From positions 1-64,000 of the IMG/VR virus record IMGVR_UViG_3300033143_008750: a stretch of 64,000 nt of DNA. One strand, written 5' to 3'. The notes under the pieces were generated by a model that saw nothing but the letters and a program-made list of their open reading frames with translations, did not search any database and had not been told where the DNA came from. Source of the DNA: a virus. A program made the position numbers and the translations under genes. This document shows, in pieces, positions 58,136 to 64,000 of this stretch (the first letter of the stretch is position 1; every line of letters begins with the position of its first letter).

Positions 58136-58973
58136 GTGGAATTCGGCGATAAAGTATTTGTAGTAACCTCTGATAAAGTTGTTGAAGGAACAATATGTCA
58201 TCACATTTCTCACAGAGGAGTTGTGACAGGATACTCAGTTCGCAGCGAAGAATTACAGTCATTCCCAGAGACTACAAATTTTGCAAAGAGAAGCATTTTT
58301 GTTGACGAGAAAGACGCGAACAAAGCACTATTCAAGAAAAAATTGAAGGCAGACAAAACAATAGTAATACCTGCCTCAGACAAAGTAGGTGACAGGCACT
58401 GGATAACAGCCCACAAAAGAGGCGCGCACAGATAATGAATAAAGGTGACACAGTATTTGTAATTCATCACTCGCAAAACGTTTTTTCTGGCGTACTCGGT
58501 GATGAGGTTGACGCAGGAGCACAAGGATTTTATACTCGCTGGGGTTCAGGACACATGATTTATTTTCGTACAGGGGCCATTTCAGGGCCTGAATCAGTAA
58601 CAACAAGTCTTTACAGCGATGAAAATATTTTCTGCACAAAGGACGCTGCGAAAAAAGAAATATTTATGAGAACCTTACGCTGGCCACGATTGAGAAATAT
58701 AGCATGAAATTTCCAATTGATACTAAAGTATATGCAATCTTCGGCGGCAAGGTTCATATGTCATACGTGAGAGCGCAGAGCAGGCAGTACAAAGAATTTA
58801 TGAGACTTCATTTGTTTGCTAAAATAACAGTGATTAATGAACACGATGTTCCGATGATTATTGACTTACATCCAGATGATGTTTACAAGGACAAAGTAGT
58901 AGCACAAAAAGTTTTATTTGAAAGAAGATTGAGAGGAATTCCCGAAAACACAAGATATGAATTGGAGGATTGA
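58136..58973 (+). other. Three small KOW/SH3-like genes (58136..58435, 58435..58707, 58704..58973) between the NAD genes
   Basis: GD.VFV-like N-termini; [IV][FY]..K..A.K.[LI]FxxxL near the C-terminus. Confidence 0.72.
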
Positions 58974-59211
58974 CATGAACAATTTACAGCTTATCAGAGA
59001 AGTAGCATATCAGGAACGCATTCATCGTGAGCTACATGGTGTTGAAGCTAGCAAAGCTTATTTGAGGGTTTTGCGCAAGGCAGCATCGGTAGCAGACGTT
59101 GAAGGCGTATTTGCTGATGTAACATTTAACGACTACGGATTGGCCGAAGGCGGCCCCTTCGTAAAACACTAAGTCCTGCAGTGGAGCGGGCATAATTGTA
59201 AGGAGATTACA

Positions 59212-60744
59212 ATGAGCATTATTCAAGAAATTAGAGAAACATACGGAGTAGCTGGTGACACAGATAGCTACAAATTCTCACACCCTGACCAGTATCCAGT
59301 AGGAACGACCAGGTTGATGAGTCACATTTTTGCACGAGGCAGTACAAAAGGTGCAGACGGCCTTCCGCTGTTTACGAAAGTGCAGTGGGCTGGAATGCAG
59401 CTAGTAATCAAAGAGCACCTCGACCGTCAGTTGACGCACAGGCAGGTTGACAACCTTATTGCTTTCCAAAGAGAACACATGTTCGGACTTGAACTAAATG
59501 CACTGGAAGTTGCACTTCGCGCAGTAGTTGACGATTACCTCGGCTACATGCCTGTCAGGATCCGCGCAATTCAGGAAGGTCTGGTCGTTCCGATCGGTCA
59601 AATCCTTGCTACAGTTGAAACTACTGTAGAAGATGCGCGTGTAATTGCACTAACAACGTATATCGAAACAATGATTATGCGTGTCTGGGCACCTACAACA
59701 GTTGCAACAACATCCTACCACATCAAAGAAATCATTTACGATGGTTTGCTGAAATCAGCAGATGAGCCAGATTTTGAGATCCCGTTCAAGCTACATGACT
59801 TCGGTTCTCGCGGTGTGTCAAGCATGGAGAGCGCAGCATTCCTTGGCGCAGCACACTTGTTCAATTTCCAAGGCAGTGACACGACAGTTGGTGTTATGGC
59901 AGCAAACATCGGGTACCATTCTGATATGACTGGCCGCAGCATCTTTGCTACGGAGCACAGCACAACGACAACGTTTGGTCGTTACGGCGAAGAAGCATTT
60001 GTTAAGCAGGTGTTTTCCAAGGCTGCAAAGCCAGGCGCGATCTTTGCTACAGTAATAGATAGTTACGATCCTATTAACTTTGTTGATGTTATCGCACCGA
60101 AGTTCAGGGATCGCCTACGCAAATCAGGTGCAACATGGGTGCTTCGTCCAGACAGTGGTGATCCTGTCATCACACCAGTAGAAATGGTACGCAGGCTTGC
60201 AAAAACATATGGATTCACTTACAATAGTAAGGGCTACAAGGTTCTTGACAACGTGCGTGTACTCCAAGGCGACGGCATTGATATTAACGATGTTAGAGCA
60301 ATCATTAACCTGCTACTTGAAGAAAACTGGAGCATAAGCAACATTGCTTTTGGAATGGGTGGTGGTCTGTTACAGAAGAACAACAGAGACACGCTCAAGT
60401 TTGCAATGAAGGCTTGCGCAAGGTATGAAGATGGTCAATGGATCGACGTTTACAAAGATCCTATCATTTACGACGCAACGACCTGGGAACCAATTAGCTC
60501 TAGCTTCAAGAAATCAATGGCTGGACGCTTAGAGTTGGTTCACAACGAGGTAACTGACGACTACAAAACCGTACGCATTGAGGAAGTTAACGACTACGTA
60601 GTACAGGGTTACAAGCCAATGCTTGAGACGGTTTGGGATGCAGGCGAACTCATACGCGATATGACTATGGATCAGGTGCGTGAAAACGCTAAACTTCCAG
60701 CAGAACGTATTGCAATTGAGAAAGTAGTAGCCGAAACTGCCTAA
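59212..60744 (+). CDS. nadV: Nicotinamide phosphoribosyltransferase (NAMPT)
   Basis: DTDSYK.SH..QYP, KLHDFGSRG, ATEHS, DSYD, RPDSGDP, QGDG and FGMGGGLLQ motifs. Confidence 0.95.
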   Translation: MSIIQEIRETYGVAGDTDSYKFSHPDQYPVGTTRLMSHIFARGSTKGADGLPLFTKVQWAGMQLVIKEHLDRQLTHRQVDNLIAFQREHMFGLELNALEVALRAVVDDYLGYMPVRIRAIQEGLVVPIGQILATVETTVEDARVIALTTYIETMIMRVWAPTTVATTSYHIKEIIYDGLLKSADEPDFEIPFKLHDFGSRGVSSMESAAFLGAAHLFNFQGSDTTVGVMAANIGYHSDMTGRSIFATEHSTTTTFGRYGEEAFVKQVFSKAAKPGAIFATVIDSYDPINFVDVIAPKFRDRLRKSGATWVLRPDSGDPVITPVEMVRRLAKTYGFTYNSKGYKVLDNVRVLQGDGIDINDVRAIINLLLEENWSISNIAFGMGGGLLQKNNRDTLKFAMKACARYEDGQWIDVYKDPIIYDATTWEPISSSFKKSMAGRLELVHNEVTDDYKTVRIEEVNDYVVQGYKPMLETVWDAGELIRDMTMDQVRENAKLPAERIAIEKVVAETA

Positions 60745-60751
60745 ACTGAAC

Positions 60752-60783
60752 GGGACGGTGCTCACATAGCATCGTCCCTTTCT
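60752..60783 (+). terminator. Rho-independent terminator
   Basis: GGGACGGTGCT-CACAT-AGCATCGTCCC-TTTCT. Confidence 0.75.
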
Positions 60784-61036
60784 TAGGAGAAAAGTAATGA
60801 CTGTTTATCAATTATTGATAGAAAATATGACAACGCTAGGCCACATGGGTTCTAGCCCGACAACTATTTCTCGTAATCTTTACTCTAGTCTTGGCACAGC
60901 ACAGGCTCATGCCAAACTTAATTACCAGAAAGATATTATTTGGACGAAATTGGGAGCGATGTCTTGGTCAAGTGGTGATCTTATACATGTTATGTACACA
61001 ATCCGAGCAATCGAAGTTATTGATTGAGAGAACAAC

Positions 61037-61747
61037 ATGAAATATACATTCACACCTAATATAAGAACAGTTGCTCAATTCAAACCTGTATGGACAACTG
61101 ACATTATCAAAAACGAACCGATGATGTTTTCAGCCGATCCTGCATTTGCGCATACACACGGTCGCTCTCTAACTAGAGAGATTACAAGAATGTTGCTCCA
61201 CAGCAAAGAATACAAAGAAATTGTAATGTTTGCACCGCAAGATGATTTTTTCACAGTAATCGACACCCGCGTTACTATGACGATGAAGGGCATGTATCCT
61301 TCAATCCCAGGATGGCACTGTGATGATATACCTCGCAGCAGAACAACAGGCCAGCCCGTGTTGCACGGTGTCAATCCGTTTGTACAACATTTCATGGTGA
61401 TTCTCTCCGATCAGGAAAGCACAGTCTCCGCTACGGAATTTCTAAATATGACGGTTGAGCTAGACATTGACCTTGCAAACGTATGGCAGAGCGTAGACCA
61501 TGGAATCAACGAGAGAATGGATACTTATCGTATACACCAGAAAGAAACTGATAACCATATGAATCCAATGACGAGCTTTATCAAACCAGGTGACATTGTT
61601 CGATTCAATCAGGAAGCGATTCACAGAGCCTCTCCGACAATCACCCCAGGATGGCGATTCTTCTACAGACTCAGCATAACGCACAGAAAGCCCGCTAACG
61701 AAGTCCGAAATCAAGTACAGGTGTATGCATCAGAAAATGGTTGGTAA
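61037..61747 (+). CDS. 2OG-Fe(II) dioxygenase-like protein
   Basis: PGWHCD (HxD), distal HRAS His and R.F.R 2-oxoglutarate-binding pattern. Confidence 0.7.
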   Translation: MKYTFTPNIRTVAQFKPVWTTDIIKNEPMMFSADPAFAHTHGRSLTREITRMLLHSKEYKEIVMFAPQDDFFTVIDTRVTMTMKGMYPSIPGWHCDDIPRSRTTGQPVLHGVNPFVQHFMVILSDQESTVSATEFLNMTVELDIDLANVWQSVDHGINERMDTYRIHQKETDNHMNPMTSFIKPGDIVRFNQEAIHRASPTITPGWRFFYRLSITHRKPANEVRNQVQVYASENGW

Positions 61748-61794
61748 GAGCTTAGAGGAGCTTACAGACGGTCATATAATTTTTGACCCCTCTG

Positions 61795-62049
61795 CAACCG
61801 CTTGATTTCATTGAGGTTTCTGATACCTGAATAGAGGAAAAGGTCTGTTATAGACTGACTGATACACTGACCTGCCTTGCGATCAATTAAAACGTAAGTT
61901 ATTGATTGTATTACAATGAACCGTAATAAAATCAACGACTTAAGTGCAAAAATTAATTCTAACTGACTGATATCCTTAGGATTAAAGATTTGACTTTTTC
62001 CTTCCACATCTGTATAATTTACTTAACGATCAGGAAACAGGACAACACT
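61795..62049 (+). promoter_or_regulatory. Early promoter cassette with multiple IHF-consensus sites
   Basis: Sites at 61795, 61895, 61930 (opposite orientation) and 61960 (1 mismatch); TTGACT 61990-17-TATAAT 62013. Confidence 0.78.
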
Positions 62050-62439
62050 ATGTCGATTACCAAAGCAAGTCTCCCGCAAATTCGCAAAGACATTAATGCT
62101 GCACTCGCAACAATCGAAAAAAAGCATAATCTCAGATTCAGTATCGGCGCCATCACGTATGAGGTAGGCGCAAGCTTACGCACGAAGCTTGAAGCAGTAT
62201 CGACTGCTGACCATACAGGCAACGCGATCAATCCTGACAAAATCAAATTCGAAAAGAATGCTTGGAGAGTTGGCGTGAAGAAAGACGCTTTCGGCCAAAC
62301 GTTTACGTCGAATCGCAAGCACTTCACGATTACGGGACTCAACACTCGCGCTCCGAAATATCCCATTCAAGCAGTAACGGCCAGTGGAAAGCGTTACAAG
62401 TTTCCAGTGAGCCATCTTCCTTCTAGCCTGCAAGCTTAA
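62050..62439 (+). CDS. Early hypothetical protein
   Basis: ATG 62050 after AGGA RBS; ITGLNTRAPKYPI...GKRYKF. Confidence 0.75.
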   Translation: MSITKASLPQIRKDINAALATIEKKHNLRFSIGAITYEVGASLRTKLEAVSTADHTGNAINPDKIKFEKNAWRVGVKKDAFGQTFTSNRKHFTITGLNTRAPKYPIQAVTASGKRYKFPVSHLPSSLQA

Positions 62440-63722
62440 TAATGCCTAGCATTTCACCGCTCTCTAGTTTGAATAACGACGCCGATGTCCTCAGGGATCT
62501 TCGGCGTCGTGTTAGAGAAATGAAAGCCGCAGAAAAGGATAGTAAACAAGGATATAGTGCTTGCATCAAATTCTATGAACGAATTCTAGAATGCGTCCCT
62601 GACATAGACTATGAGAGCATTTATCGCGCCGCTGCCGCAGGCGTTACTATGCGCAATACTGAAATTGATCGTTTGCAAAGAATCATTTATGACAATGTTC
62701 CTAATGCAGTAGAACTAATAAATGAAGCTCCGCAAGCGTTAGGACGCAATGTAGTGAGGGAACACGAACTTAAACTCAAAACGTTTAAGAATAAATTGAA
62801 AGATGGAGATTAACAATGAAAATCACAGATTGTAAGGATTTTGAGGACGATGATTCGACTGTAACTGTGAGAACTATTCTCGGAGTAACTTCTGAGGGTT
62901 GCGGAGTTATAGAACGCGAATTTGAGTACGAGGATGAGGATGAGAACAGCAGGACTTTCGGCGAAACATTGACGGGTCTTGAAACAATCCTCGAAATGGT
63001 TGATCTTGACGAGCAGGTTCTTCGCACGTTGGAGGAACTTTCGGAAGAGATTACCGCAGACGATTTAACTCTGGTTGAGGACGAATAACATGGCTAAGAA
63101 AACCCCGACAGATGTACGCGGGTATATCTATGAAGTAGGCCAAGAGATTGCAATGGCTAAAAGTTCGTACAGCATGGCCTCAGGCGCTCATGTAGAGATT
63201 CGTACAATATCAAAGGTCGATGGTGAAAAGGTCTATGTTGCAGGTTCAAACGGAACTGGCAATTACTGGCTCAGAAATCACGACAATGCAGCTATTTTGG
63301 ACTAATCATGTCTGATTATTATAATACAATCGGCCAGCGGTTCGAAAAAGAAAAGAACGCCCTCGTTCCGAAGCGCGACTACATAGACGGTCATCCTCTT
63401 GAGGATAAGATTCGTAGAATCGTATTCAAATCTGGCCTCAAGTACCCAAATCACGATGCCGCAGGACAATTCAATCTCAAAATACAGACTGCAATCAGAA
63501 CTATCACATCTAAAACGTATTCAGATATGTTCGGCGCGATCAAGTACACAGCAAATGAAATATTATGCGGCGAAGAGGTTGAACAGCATCTTGACTACAT
63601 TTTTGCAGAACTGGAAGAATATCAAAAAGACGTTAAAGCATTGGTTCTCAAGCATATTAAGGAATTGCAAGACTTGTAGAATTGTGCTATACTAAATACA
63701 TCCATTGATTGGAGAAACAGAC

Positions 63723-64000
63723 ATGGCCAAGCCCAAAAAGCGGAAAAGCAAATACTTCGTAAACGTTCCTGATATGAGCATCATTCAGAGGACGCACAAG
63801 AATCACGGGCATATGGTGTGGCAGGCGCTGCATTATGCACAGTACGAAATGACAGACAAAGGTCTCAAGAAAGCTGCAATCGAGTATGCTAAGAAAAGCA
63901 AGCTTGATTTTAAACTTCTGAATGTCTTGACAGACAAGGAATTAACTATGTTCGGCAAGTACGCACTGATCCTGAATGGCGGTGGCGAATTGACCGAAGA
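63723..64000 (+). CDS. Hypothetical protein, truncated by the window end
   Basis: GGAG RBS; open frame MAKPKKRKSKYFVNVPDM... runs to the end of the window. Confidence 0.7.
   Translation, partial: MAKPKKRKSKYFVNVPDMSIIQRTHKNHGHMVWQALHYAQYEMTDKGLKKAAIEYAKKSKLDFKLLNVLTDKELTMFGKYALILNGGGELTE

Noticed and set aside
62442-62813. Phd/YefM antitoxin-like N-terminus (MPSISPLSSLNN...VLRDL)
   Set aside because: The resemblance covers fewer than 20 residues and the rest of the protein does not fit, so it is too weak to include among the antitoxin-like fragments.
297-63027. Numerous minus-strand ORFs in the six-frame track
   Set aside because: Nearly all are shadows of coupled + strand genes or RNA genes and lack an RBS or recognisable motifs. 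Only 43596..44228 has a promoter, RBS and terminator.
1-64000. Alternative genetic code (stop-codon reassignment), as in some large phages
   Set aside because: Long genes are uninterrupted in the standard code, and TAA, TGA and TAG all end well-defined genes. The tRNA anticodon TAG reads Leu CUA and is not a suppressor.

Overview
This window is a gene-dense, almost entirely + strand segment of a large ('jumbo'-type) lytic tailed phage. It has sigma70-type early promoters (TTGACA-17-TATAAT) and T4-like late promoters ((G/T)ATAAATA). The host is probably a Proteobacterium, inferred from the ErpA- and CCA-enzyme-like sequences and IHF-consensus sites. Recognisable genes: ATP-dependent DNA ligase, rIIA/rIIB, Pth2, CCA-adding enzyme, ErpA, DHH phosphoesterase, thermonuclease, SET-domain protein, protein kinase, ClpP-like protease, GH108 endolysin, NadM-Nudix plus NAMPT (NAD+ salvage), a 2OG-Fe(II) oxygenase-like protein and a block of tail/virion proteins (33.4-44.2 kb). 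RNA genes: tRNA-Leu(TAG), a ~760-nt GOLLD-like RNA with an embedded tRNA-like element, and a circularly permuted (two-piece) tmRNA. The strongest unexplained signal is a ~10-residue motif, [KE]-x-[YILVM]-F-x-x-[KR]-L-x-G. It sits at the N- or C-terminus of about 30 otherwise unrelated small proteins across the window and suggests a shared docking or targeting tag. Also notable: several stand-alone antitoxin-like fragments, repeated T4 gene-e-style hairpins at late promoters, and IHF-site arrays at early promoters. All family assignments come from reading motifs by eye; no searches were run.
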